A DNA stretch of 64,000 nt from Thermoanaerobaculia bacterium. GTDB taxonomy: Bacteria; Acidobacteriota; Thermoanaerobaculia; UBA5066. The notes under the pieces were generated by a model that saw only the letters and a list, made by a program, of their open reading frames with translations, had not been told where the DNA came from and ran no database searches. The stretch is taken from positions 864,001 to 928,000 of the forward strand of contig CAVRAY010000001.1 of assembly GCA_963719225.1 (NCBI GenBank). Direction: 5' to 3'. Below are positions 1 through 8,909 of this stretch, piece after piece. The number at the start of each line of letters is the position of its first letter. Position 1 is the first letter of the stretch. The position numbers and the translations under genes were made by a program.

Positions 1-792
1 CACGGCCAGCCCCTCGGCCCGGGCGCGCCGCTCCGCGGCGTCGAAGCCCTCCGGCTGCCGGGGCGCCAGGACGAGAAACACTCCGGGCGCGGTCTTTTCC
101 AGCGTGCGTCTGACCTCGAGAACGAGGGGGATCTCGCTTTCCGCGATCGAGCCCGCGACGAGGATCGGACGTCCGCGCGCGAGGCGTCGCACGCGCCCGG
201 CGAACGGCGGCTCGGGCACGGGAGCGCGGTCGAACTTCAGATCGCCGCCGACGGCGATCCGTGAAGAAGGAACACCGATCTCCTCGAAGCGCGAAGCGTC
301 CTCTCTCGTCCGCGCCAGGACGCGCGTGAGAGCGTCCCACGTGCCCCCGAAGAGGCGCGCGATCCTCCGATACCGTCTCGCGGACCGTTCCGAGAGGCGC
401 GCGTTCACGACGAGAACGGGGATTGCACGGCGCCGTGCCTCGCCGAGGACGCCGGGCCAGAGCTCCGTCTCGACGAGGACCAGGAGCCGAGGCCGCGTCG
501 CATCGAAGAACCTCCGGACGGAGGACGGCACGTCGAGCGGGAACGGCCGCCAGATGCCGGGTCTCCGGCGCGACAGCAGGCCGACTCCCGCGGGCGTCGT
601 GGAGGTGAGCAGGAGCGGCATGCCCGGGTCGAGCGAAGCGAGCAGCTCAGCCAGTGTGAGAGCGACCTCTACCTCCCCCACGGAGACACCTTGAATCCAG
701 ACGCCACCTGGGTTCCCGGGGCTACCGACGGATGGAAAAAGCCTTGAAAAAATGAGCGGGAAAAGTGGAGCTTCGGAGGGCAGAGCAGACAT
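1..792 (-). CDS. waaA: 3-deoxy-D-manno-octulosonic acid (Kdo) transferase, 3' end outside the window
   Basis: Translated by hand from ATG at 792 (not in the ORF track): WIQGVSVGE...LLLTSTTPAG...PLDVP...LVETELWP...VNARLSERS...GDLKFD, the WaaA/KdtA N-terminal motifs. Confidence 0.9.
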   Translation of the reverse strand, partial: MSALPSEAPLFPLIFSRLFPSVGSPGNPGGVWIQGVSVGEVEVALTLAELLASLDPGMPLLLTSTTPAGVGLLSRRRPGIWRPFPLDVPSSVRRFFDATRPRLLVLVETELWPGVLGEARRRAIPVLVVNARLSERSARRYRRIARLFGGTWDALTRVLARTREDASRFEEIGVPSSRIAVGGDLKFDRAPVPEPPFAGRVRRLARGRPILVAGSIAESEIPLVLEVRRTLEKTAPGVFLVLAPRQPEGFDAAERRARAEGLAV

Positions 793-858
793 CAAATCAA
801 GTCCTGACAAGAATTTATCGCCCCGCTCCACTCGCTGCGGGGATTATACTTCGGAAGG

Positions 859-1590
859 TTGAGGGGGTCCTTCCGGCTGGTAGACGACGACGAGCCCACG
901 AACGTAAAAGACCCCGAAGCGATGCGTCTCGTCTCGTCCGCTGCCCGTCCGGATTCATCCGAGCCCCCGTCCGAGGGGCCCGGGCTGCGCGCCGTTTTGG
1001 TCGGATCCGCGGGAGCACCCGCCGAAGAGCGGGCGCTCGCCCGCCGCGCCGCGCGGGGGGATGCGGAGGCGTTCGCCGAGCTCGTCGCCCGGCGGACTCC
1101 CGGCGTCCTGTCCTTCCTGAGGCGGCTGCTGGGAGACGCGGAGGACGCGCGCGACGTCGCGCAGCTCACGTTCGTTAGGGTCTGGGAGAACCTCGAGCGG
1201 TACGACCCGGCCTGGGCGTTCTCGACCTGGCTCTTTCGCATTGCCGGCAATCTCGCCATCGACGCGTTGCGGGCGCGCGGGACGCGGCAGCGCACGGAGG
1301 CCGAGAGCTTCCGGCTCGTGAAGGGGGCACGCACGAGCGCGGAGCCCGACGGTCCCGCGCTCCTCGCCGAGACCGAAGTCCGGCGCGTCTTCGAGGTGTG
1401 CGCGAACGTTCTGTCCGAGAAGCAGCGGCTCGTGTTCGTCCTGAAGGAATTCGAGGACATGGACTCGAGCGAGATCGCCCGAATCCTCGACTGCCGCGAG
1501 TCGACGGTGCGCAATCACCTTTTCCAGGCCCGGCGCCTGCTGCGCGTCGAGATCCGGAAGCGGTTTCCCGAGTTCGTTTCAGGCCGGTAG
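859..1590 (+). CDS. ECF-type RNA polymerase sigma-70 factor
   Basis: Region 2 motifs (DAEDARDVAQLTF, FSTWLFRIA) and region 4 (EIARILDCRESTVRNHLFQAR). TATACT lies 8 nt before the TTG start. Confidence 0.93.
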   Translation: MRGSFRLVDDDEPTNVKDPEAMRLVSSAARPDSSEPPSEGPGLRAVLVGSAGAPAEERALARRAARGDAEAFAELVARRTPGVLSFLRRLLGDAEDARDVAQLTFVRVWENLERYDPAWAFSTWLFRIAGNLAIDALRARGTRQRTEAESFRLVKGARTSAEPDGPALLAETEVRRVFEVCANVLSEKQRLVFVLKEFEDMDSSEIARILDCRESTVRNHLFQARRLLRVEIRKRFPEFVSGR

Positions 1591-1646
1591 GTTTTGGTTT
1601 TCGGATTCGGATTTCGGATTTTCTGAGAAAGGGAAGAAAGACGGGG

Positions 1647-2300
1647 ATGAGCAGGGTGGCGAACGGAGGGAGCGGAGAGCGGGGCGGGACGACGGCGGGG
1701 CGGGGCTGCCCTGACGCGCCTCGCGTGCGCCTCGCTGTCCGCCATCTCCTTTCAGAAGAAAACTCTTCTTCTCCCTCTTCGTCCCTTGCTTCTCTCTCCT
1801 CCGAGCTGAAGGCGCATCTCTCGGCGTGTGCTTTCTGCGCGGCCGAGGCACGCGCGATCGACCCGACGCTCCTGTTCGTGCCGCTCGGGGCGTCCCTCGC
1901 GGCCGCACCGGCGGCGGAGGACGTGCGGCGCGTGGCGGACGACGTCCTCGCCGAAGTGAGGCGGCGCTCCCGGGTCTTCTCTCCTCCTTCGGCGCAGCCG
2001 TTCTTCTCGCGTCGCTTCCTTCAGGCGGCCGCGCTCGTCGTCCTCGCCGCAGGGCTCTTCGGCATCGGCGCCATCCGGCTCGCCCAGAACGAGCGGGCTC
2101 AGGCTCCGGCGGGTCTCGCGCCCACGCCGCGTGAAAGCCAGAACGGGCCGGACGTGCGCGACGCCCTCGACGTGCGCCCGGCCTCCCGGCCCCTGATCCA
2201 GGACCTGAAGAATCCCGGCGCGCGCGTCTACGAGTTCGCCGCCGTCTCACCGAAGGAGCCGAACGTCGTCTTCATCGCGGATCCGCACGCGGATCTCTGA
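1647..2300 (+). CDS. zinc-binding (ZAS) anti-sigma factor, single transmembrane helix
   Basis: HLSACAFC matches HxxxCxxC; hydrophobic helix FLQAAALVVLAAGLFGIG; directly downstream of the ECF sigma. Confidence 0.75.
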   Translation: MSRVANGGSGERGGTTAGRGCPDAPRVRLAVRHLLSEENSSSPSSSLASLSSELKAHLSACAFCAAEARAIDPTLLFVPLGASLAAAPAAEDVRRVADDVLAEVRRRSRVFSPPSAQPFFSRRFLQAAALVVLAAGLFGIGAIRLAQNERAQAPAGLAPTPRESQNGPDVRDALDVRPASRPLIQDLKNPGARVYEFAAVSPKEPNVVFIADPHADL

Positions 2301-2303
2301 GTC

Positions 2304-3062
2304 ATGAAGCCTCGCTCCGCCCGGCTTCGGAACGCCGTCCGGGCCCTCGTCCTCCTGTCGCTGACGCTGCTCGCCGCCGGCGGAGCGTCCGGCGCCGGCG
2401 CTCCGCAGCCGCAGACCGTCGTCAAGGTCTTCACGCTGAAGCACCGCAAGGTCGAGGATGCGCTCGTGGTTCTGCGTCCGCTGCTTTCGGCCACGGGCGC
2501 CGTTTCGGTCGTCCTCGACACGAACCAGAATTCCCTCACGGTCCGTGGTTCCGCGGGTCAGGTCGAGCAGGTCGCCCGGGCCCTCGTGGCTTTCGACGTC
2601 CCGCTGCGCGCCATCGACATCGCCGTCACGCTCCTGAAGTCCGCGGCGGAGAAAGCGCGGGCGGCCGAAAAGACGAACGTCTCGGAGGAGATCCGCGGAA
2701 TCGGAGAGAAGCTCAAGAAGCTCTTCAACGTGACCGATTTCACCCGGCTCGACTCCGTCGTCGTCCAGGGCGTCGAAGGCCAGCGGGTGGCGTACGCGAT
2801 GGGCGGCGGCTACCGCCTCGAGTTCCTCCTCGAGCCCTCGCGTGACGGCACGCAGGTCCAGCTCCGGGATCTCTCCCTCGAGCGCGTGCGGCGCGAGGCG
2901 GGCCGTGAGATCCGCGGCGAGATCCTCCGCACGTCCATCAACGTCAATCTCGGGCAGCCTTACATCCTCGGCGTCGGGCGCGACGAGTCCGCCGGGGACA
3001 AGCTCTTCGTCGTCATCTTCGCGAACTGGCGCCAGCCGGGGCCGGGGATCTTCCTGAACTGA
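2304..3062 (+). CDS. exported protein with a secretin N-terminal (NolW/N3-like) domain
   Basis: Signal peptide, then VKVFTLKHRKVED...NSLTVRG...VEQVARALVAFDVP.RAIDIAVTL, the N3-domain pattern. Confidence 0.65.
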   Translation: MKPRSARLRNAVRALVLLSLTLLAAGGASGAGAPQPQTVVKVFTLKHRKVEDALVVLRPLLSATGAVSVVLDTNQNSLTVRGSAGQVEQVARALVAFDVPLRAIDIAVTLLKSAAEKARAAEKTNVSEEIRGIGEKLKKLFNVTDFTRLDSVVVQGVEGQRVAYAMGGGYRLEFLLEPSRDGTQVQLRDLSLERVRREAGREIRGEILRTSINVNLGQPYILGVGRDESAGDKLFVVIFANWRQPGPGIFLN

Positions 3063-4318
3063 TGCCGACGTACGTCTGCCGCGTCGGGATGGGGGATGGC
3101 GCGATCGTGACGCGCGCGATCGAAGCTCCCGACGAGCACGCGCTCGAGACCGAAGTCGCGCGACTCGGCGCGAAGCTCTTTTCCGCGAAGCTCTCCGGCG
3201 GCGAAGGAGCGGCCGTCTCCGGAGGCCGGCGTTCTTTCGCCGACGCTCTTTCGGGCTTCCTGCCGCGCCGCACGCGCCCGGTGAAGACCGCGGAGTTTCT
3301 CGTCTTCAACCAGGAGCTCGTCGCCCTCCTGAAGGCGGGCCTTCCCATCGTCAACGGCTTCGACATCCTCCTCGAAAGGCAGGAGAACCCGCGCTTCAAG
3401 GCGATCCTGAAGGACGTCCGCGACCAGCTCGTCTCGGGCGTGGCGCTCTCGGACGCCTTCCTGTCGCACGGCGACGTCTTCCCGAGGCTCTACGCGACCT
3501 CGCTCAAGGCCGGCGAGCGCTCGGGCGAGGTCGAGAAGGTCCTGCGCCGGTATCTCGCCTACCAGAAGATCCTCGGCGGCATCCGGCGCAAGGTGACGGG
3601 AGCCCTCGTCTATCCGGCGGTCCTCATCTGCTTGTCCATCGGGCTCGTCTTCATCCTGATGACGTACGTCATCCCGAGATTCCGGGAGTTCTTCGCGGGC
3701 TTCGAGGCGGGCCGGCTGCCCCTCATCACGCGGGTGGTCGTCGGAACGGCCGACTTCCTGCACGCGCACATTGTCCTGATGCTGGCGGTGCTCGCCGTGG
3801 GAGGCGTCGTTCTTTCCCGCTGGAAGGCGAGCGAGGCGGGGAGCATCGCCTGGGACGGCTTCCTCCTGCGCCTGCCGCTCGTCGGGACGATTCTCCAGCA
3901 GTTCGCGCTCTCGCAGTTCTCCCGCTCTCTCGCCACGCTCGTCGGCGCCGGGACGCCCCTCGTCCCCGCGCTCGACATCGCGGCGGGCGCGGTCGCGAAC
4001 CGGCGCGTCTCGGGCGGCGTCGCCGCCGTCGTTCCCCGCGTGCGCGAAGGTGCCGAGCTGTGGCGAAGCCTCGAGGAGACGGGCATCTTCACGTCGCTCG
4101 CGGTCGAGATGATCAAGGTCGGCGAAGCCACCGGGGCGCTCGAGGAGATGCTCACGAACGTGTCGGACTTCTACGACGAGGCCATCGAAGCCCGACTCCA
4201 GCGCATCGTCACCCTCATCGAGCCGATCATCCTCGTCGTCATGGGAGGTGTCATCGCGACGATCCTCCTCTCGATCTACCTCCCCATGTTCACCATCCTC
4301 TCCAACATCAAGGCCTGA
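3062..4318 (+). CDS. type II secretion F / PilC inner-membrane platform protein
   Basis: LLKAGLPI, AGERSGE, ALVYP, LVGAGTPL, VGEATGALEEML and LIEP motifs; three TM segments. Confidence 0.95.
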   Translation: MPTYVCRVGMGDGAIVTRAIEAPDEHALETEVARLGAKLFSAKLSGGEGAAVSGGRRSFADALSGFLPRRTRPVKTAEFLVFNQELVALLKAGLPIVNGFDILLERQENPRFKAILKDVRDQLVSGVALSDAFLSHGDVFPRLYATSLKAGERSGEVEKVLRRYLAYQKILGGIRRKVTGALVYPAVLICLSIGLVFILMTYVIPRFREFFAGFEAGRLPLITRVVVGTADFLHAHIVLMLAVLAVGGVVLSRWKASEAGSIAWDGFLLRLPLVGTILQQFALSQFSRSLATLVGAGTPLVPALDIAAGAVANRRVSGGVAAVVPRVREGAELWRSLEETGIFTSLAVEMIKVGEATGALEEMLTNVSDFYDEAIEARLQRIVTLIEPIILVVMGGVIATILLSIYLPMFTILSNIKA

Positions 4319-4341
4319 CGGGCCGTAGAAGCGGATACCAG

Positions 4342-5976
4342 ATGAGCGCGACCCGAGGACCCTCCCCCGAAACCGCGATGCCGCGATTCCTCGACGCGGC
4401 TTCCGAGGAGACGCGCGCCCGCCAGCTCGCCGAGCGCCTCGGGCTGCCGTACGTCGATCTCTGGACGTTCCGGATCGACGCCGAGCTCTTCCGTTCGATC
4501 CCGCTCGAGTGGATGCTCCGCTTCGAGTTCGTGCCGGAGAAGGCGGAGAACGGAACTCTCGCGGTGGTCATGGCGGATCCGGCCGACGTCGTGAAGCGGG
4601 ACGAGCTCGAGGGGCTCCTCAAGAAGCGCCTGCGAGTCCGCGTCGGGTCGAGGGCCGCCCTCCAGGACATCCTCCAGAAATCCGAATCCACCCAGCGCGT
4701 CCTCGAGGAGGCGACGGAGGAGTTTCGGATGCAGGTCGTGCGGGAGGACGAAGAGGGGCAGGAAGTCCTCTCGATCGACCGCATCACCGCCGACGCGAGC
4801 CCGATCATCAAGCTGGTCGACTCGGTGCTCTTCAACGCGATCCAGCGTCGCGCCTCGGACATCCACATCGAGACGCAGGAGCACGTCGTCGTCATCAAGT
4901 ACCGCATCGACGGCGTCCTCTACCCGGCGATGGAGCCGATCGACAAAAAGCACCACCAGACGATCATCAGCCGCATCAAGGTCATGTCGGAGCTCGACAT
5001 CGCCGAGAAGCGCATCCCGCAGGACGGCCGCTTCAAGGTGCGCGTCAAGGGCCGCACGATCGACTTCCGCGTCTCGATCATGCCGACGGTCCACGGCGAG
5101 GACGCGGTCATCCGCATCCTCGACAAGGAGTCCGCGAACGCCGAGTTCAAGAACCTGCGTCTCGACGTCCTCGGAATGGACCCCGAGACGATGCGGCGTC
5201 TGAGAAAGTTCATCCGCGAGCCGTACGGCATGGTGCTCGTCACCGGGCCCACGGGCTCGGGCAAGACGACGACGCTCTACGCGTGCCTCTCTGAGATCCA
5301 GACGGTCGAGGACAAGATCATCACGATCGAGGACCCGGTCGAGTACCAGCTTCGCGGCGTGACGCAGATTCCCGTGAACGAGAAGAAGGGCCTCACGTTC
5401 GCGCGCGGACTACGCTCCATTCTCCGGCACGACCCCGACAAGGTCATGGTCGGCGAGATCCGCGACGAGGAGACGGCGCAGATCGCCGTGCAGGCCGCCC
5501 TCACGGGGCACCTCGTCTTCACGACCGTTCATGCGAACAACGTCGTGGACGTGCTCGGGCGTTTCCTGAACATGAAGGTCGAGCTCTACAACTTCGTCTC
5601 TGCTCTCAATTGCATCCTCGCGCAGCGGCTCGTGCGCAAGATCTGCCCGCACTGCCGCGTCGTGTCGACGCCGACGGCGCAGCTCCTCGAGGAGTCCGCG
5701 ATCGCCCCGGAGCAGATGGCCGGCGTCACCCTTTACGAGGGCCGCGGGTGCATCGAGTGCAACGGCACCGGCTTTTACGGCCGGATGGCGATCACGGAGC
5801 TCCTCGACCTCTCGGACCGCATCCGAAGCCTCATCCTCGACAAGCGTCCCGCGGCGGAGATCAAGAAGGCGGCCCAGGCCGAGGGAATGAGCTTCCTCCG
5901 CGAATCGGCGATCAAGAAGGTCCTGGCCGGCCAGACGACGCTGCGCGAGATCAACAAGGTGACCTTCGTTGAGTGA
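4342..5976 (+). CDS. GspE/PilB-family assembly ATPase
   Basis: ASDIHIE, Walker A GPTGSGKTTT, TIEDPVE, LRHDPDKVMVGEIRD, TGHLVFTTVH, and CxxC zinc motifs. Confidence 0.96.
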   Translation: MSATRGPSPETAMPRFLDAASEETRARQLAERLGLPYVDLWTFRIDAELFRSIPLEWMLRFEFVPEKAENGTLAVVMADPADVVKRDELEGLLKKRLRVRVGSRAALQDILQKSESTQRVLEEATEEFRMQVVREDEEGQEVLSIDRITADASPIIKLVDSVLFNAIQRRASDIHIETQEHVVVIKYRIDGVLYPAMEPIDKKHHQTIISRIKVMSELDIAEKRIPQDGRFKVRVKGRTIDFRVSIMPTVHGEDAVIRILDKESANAEFKNLRLDVLGMDPETMRRLRKFIREPYGMVLVTGPTGSGKTTTLYACLSEIQTVEDKIITIEDPVEYQLRGVTQIPVNEKKGLTFARGLRSILRHDPDKVMVGEIRDEETAQIAVQAALTGHLVFTTVHANNVVDVLGRFLNMKVELYNFVSALNCILAQRLVRKICPHCRVVSTPTAQLLEESAIAPEQMAGVTLYEGRGCIECNGTGFYGRMAITELLDLSDRIRSLILDKRPAAEIKKAAQAEGMSFLRESAIKKVLAGQTTLREINKVTFVE

Positions 5977-6940
5977 CGGCAGGAAGAACCCGTTCTCGCC
6001 GGCGTTCTGGCGGTCCGCCCGCCCGCCGCACGCCTTCGTCCTGGCGCGCGACCGGCTCGTCTACGTCGGTCCCGCCGACGGAGCGCGACGCTCGGCGCTC
6101 TCGGCGACGCCCGCCTTCCGCGTCGTGTCCCGCGCGCTGCCGCCCGAGACTTTCACGTCCGGTCCGGACGGGTCGCCCCTCGCGGGACCCGCGCTTTCCG
6201 GCGCGCTCCAGCGCCTCCTCGCCGAGGTCGGCGCGAAAATTCCGGCCGCCTCCCTCGTGGTTCCCGACGGCTGGGTGAAGCTCCTCGTGATCGACGCCGT
6301 CCAGCCGGAGAGCCACGAGCGCGAAGTCGACGACATGCTTCGCTGGAAGTTCGGACGCGCGTTCGGCGAGCCGACCGGAGATCTCCGTCTCTCGTGGCAG
6401 CCGGCGGGGGCCGGAACGGAAGGAACCCGCATCCTCGCGCTCGCGGCCTCGGAGCCCGCAACATCCTCGTGGGAAGCGCCGTTCGAGAAGGCGGGCATCC
6501 GCATCGGCGCGCTCGAGACCGCCGCGTTCGCGGTCGCGTCGCTCGGCGGCCGGTCGGCCGGCGACGCCTTCCTCGTCTGGACGGATGACGACACGGCGAC
6601 GACCCTCGTCTATGCGGGCTCGCAGCTCGTCTTCGCGCGTACGAGGCCGTTCGCCGAGGCGAGCGAGGCGGTGCAGGACGTGCGCCACGCGGTCACGTTC
6701 GGAACGCCGGCCCGGCCGGCCGAGGCGCCGCCCGCGGACGTCGCCGGAAAATGCGCCGCGGGACCTTCTAACTCTTCGGTCCTCGAGGCGCTGCGCGAGT
6801 TCCGCGCCTCCGCCGGCGCCGCGGAGCCCGCGCTCCTAACGCTGACCCGCCTCGCCCCCGCGGTGACCGTGACGCCCGCCGCCGCGGCGGAGGATCCGGC
6901 CACGCTCGCCGCCTTGGGCGTCCTCGCGGGGGGTGATTGA
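5969..6940 (+). CDS. PilM/GspL-like cytoplasmic alignment protein (divergent)
   Basis: Position after the ATPase; soluble protein with a weak PilM-like pattern. Confidence 0.55.
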   Translation: MSDGRKNPFSPAFWRSARPPHAFVLARDRLVYVGPADGARRSALSATPAFRVVSRALPPETFTSGPDGSPLAGPALSGALQRLLAEVGAKIPAASLVVPDGWVKLLVIDAVQPESHEREVDDMLRWKFGRAFGEPTGDLRLSWQPAGAGTEGTRILALAASEPATSSWEAPFEKAGIRIGALETAAFAVASLGGRSAGDAFLVWTDDDTATTLVYAGSQLVFARTRPFAEASEAVQDVRHAVTFGTPARPAEAPPADVAGKCAAGPSNSSVLEALREFRASAGAAEPALLTLTRLAPAVTVTPAAAAEDPATLAALGVLAGGD

Positions 6941-7569
6941 TGCCGGGGCGATACAACCTCGCGCACCGGCCGTTCGTCGACACGCGCCCCGCGAACCTGG
7001 CGGCGGGTTCTCTCGCGCTTCTCGTGGCCGGTCTATCGTTCGTCGCCGCGCGGACCGTGACCCGCTATTTCGCCGACTCGAGCCGGACGCGGGCGTCGAT
7101 CGCGAGCCTGAGAGCCGAGATCTCGAGCCTCGAGGAAGCGCGTCAGAAAGCCACGGCGTCTCTGGCGCGCGTCGACGTCGGCTCGCTGGCCTCGGACGTG
7201 GAGGACGCGAACGAGATCGCGCTGAGGCGCGCCTTCTCGTGGACGCGGTTCCTGACGCGTCTCGAAAGGACCCTGCCGGCCGACCTCCGCATCGCGTCGA
7301 TCGCCCTTCAGAAGGTGACGGGACCTTCCGGGCCGAACGCCTCGGGGCACCGCGCCACGACGGACACGGTCCTCGTGACTCTGACCCTCATCTCGCGCGA
7401 CCCGAACGGCCTGCCGAAGACGATCCGCGCGTTCGACGCCTCGCCATGGTTCGAGAAACCCACTCCGACGAGCGAAGACCGGGGCGAGAAGGGCTTACCG
7501 GAAGGCCGCCGTCTCGTCCTCAGGGTCGAGTACCACGACGTCGAAGGCCGGGGGGAGGGGCGTCCGTGA
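6940..7569 (+). CDS. PilN-like alignment protein
   Basis: YNLAHRPF N-terminus (INL-type motif), TM helix, coiled coil, SWTRFLTRLERTLPADLRIASI. Confidence 0.8.
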   Translation: MPGRYNLAHRPFVDTRPANLAAGSLALLVAGLSFVAARTVTRYFADSSRTRASIASLRAEISSLEEARQKATASLARVDVGSLASDVEDANEIALRRAFSWTRFLTRLERTLPADLRIASIALQKVTGPSGPNASGHRATTDTVLVTLTLISRDPNGLPKTIRAFDASPWFEKPTPTSEDRGEKGLPEGRRLVLRVEYHDVEGRGEGRP

Positions 7570-8297
7570 GCGCGCCGCCCCCGACGGCCGCCCTCACGGC
7601 CGGCGAACGGATCCGCCGGCTCTTTCCACTTGCGCGCGCGGGCGGAATCCGCAGGTCGCCGTGGCGGGCGCGGTTGCCGCTCTTCGCGGTGCTCGTTCTC
7701 CTCCTCGTCGCGGCCACGGCCGTCCTGATCGGCTATCACGCCTTCTACGACGAGCGGTTCAAGGCTCTCGAAAGAACACGCGCCGAGCTGGAGGGCAAGC
7801 GCGACCACGCCGCCGAGGCCGCGCGCCGGGTCGTCAAGACCGAGGAGCGCCTGCGCGCGCTGCAGAAAGACCTCGAGGACTTCAACCGCGACGTCCTCGG
7901 GGGGCGCAAGGAGCGTCTCGCCGCCGTCATCGAGGACGTCTACAAGCTCACCGAAAAGGCCGGTACCGTACCGGGCCAGATCTCGTACTCCTTCGACGAG
8001 GTCGGCGCCGCAACGCGCCTCGCGCTGCAGTTCAACGTGCAGGGGCGGTACGCCGACATCAAGAAGCTCCTCTTCTCCTTCGAGAGCAACCCGCGCTTCC
8101 TGCTGCTCGAGAGCGTCGCCCTCGCGACGGACGACACCCAACCCGACGTGCTTCGCCTGAATCTGACCGTCGCGCACTATTTCCGGCCCGACGATTCCTC
8201 CGCGCCGCGTCGCGGCACGCACGGCGGCCGGACCGGAACGGTTCGTGCCGCCGGGCCCGCGTCACCCAGCCCGGCCGCGCGTGGAGTCGCGCAATGA
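7566..8297 (+). CDS. PilO-like alignment protein
   Basis: GTG start overlapping the previous stop; TM helix, coiled coil, VQGRYADIKKLLFSFESNPRFLLLESV. Confidence 0.82.
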   Translation: MSAPPPTAALTAGERIRRLFPLARAGGIRRSPWRARLPLFAVLVLLLVAATAVLIGYHAFYDERFKALERTRAELEGKRDHAAEAARRVVKTEERLRALQKDLEDFNRDVLGGRKERLAAVIEDVYKLTEKAGTVPGQISYSFDEVGAATRLALQFNVQGRYADIKKLLFSFESNPRFLLLESVALATDDTQPDVLRLNLTVAHYFRPDDSSAPRRGTHGGRTGTVRAAGPASPSPAARGVAQ

Positions 8298-8887
8298 GCG
8301 CGCGCGGGAAGGCTCCGAAGTCGAACCTCAAGCTCCTCCTCCTCGTGCTCGGGGGGGTCCTGGCGTTCGCGGCTCTGTCCTATCTGCCGAAGGGTTCCGA
8401 AACTCCGGAAGCCGCCGTGGCGACGGCGCCATCGAGTCGTCCGAGCACGGCGCGCGGCGCCTCCGACCCGGAGTCGATTCCCGACCTGACGCACGTCGTC
8501 CCGCGTGGCGCCGACAAGGAGGTCGGCCGAAACGTCTTCCGCTTCTTCGAGTCGCCGACCCCGACGCCCCGGCCGACGCCGATTCCGACGCCGACACCGA
8601 TCCTGCCGGGCAGCCCTCTGTTCGTCGGTGCGATGCCCATCCAGCCGACGCCGACTCCGACGCCGATCATTCCGCCGGCGATTCCGTTCAAGGTCCTCGG
8701 CTTCTTCGGGTCTCGCGAGGCCCCGATCGTTTCGCTGGAAGAAGGGGGCCGGATCATCAACGCACGCGAGGGAGACACCGTGGACGGCCGCTTCATCATC
8801 CGGAAGATCAACCGCGAGTCCGTCGACTTCGCGTTCACCGGTCTCCCGCCCGAGATCACCCGACGCATTCCGATCCCGCTTCCGTGA
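8294..8887 (+). CDS. PilP/GspC-like membrane-anchored protein with Pro-Thr linker
   Basis: TM helix, RNVFRF, PTPT repeats, C-terminal FKVLG...AREGDTVDGRFIIRKI beta domain; sits before the secretin. Confidence 0.65.
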   Translation: MSARGKAPKSNLKLLLLVLGGVLAFAALSYLPKGSETPEAAVATAPSSRPSTARGASDPESIPDLTHVVPRGADKEVGRNVFRFFESPTPTPRPTPIPTPTPILPGSPLFVGAMPIQPTPTPTPIIPPAIPFKVLGFFGSREAPIVSLEEGGRIINAREGDTVDGRFIIRKINRESVDFAFTGLPPEITRRIPIPLP

Positions 8888-8909
8888 GGCGGGAGATGAA
8901 GGACACCGC

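Noticed and set aside
104-694. 196-aa plus-strand ORF and the many long Arg/Pro/Gly-rich ORFs across the window
   Set aside because: Shadow ORFs, antisense or off-frame to recognisable genes (here waaA), which are expected at this GC content.
8550-8670. Short tandem repeats (CCGACG-like) as a CRISPR or VNTR element
   Set aside because: They encode Pro-Thr linkers within a CDS; there is no repeat-spacer structure and no cas genes in the window.
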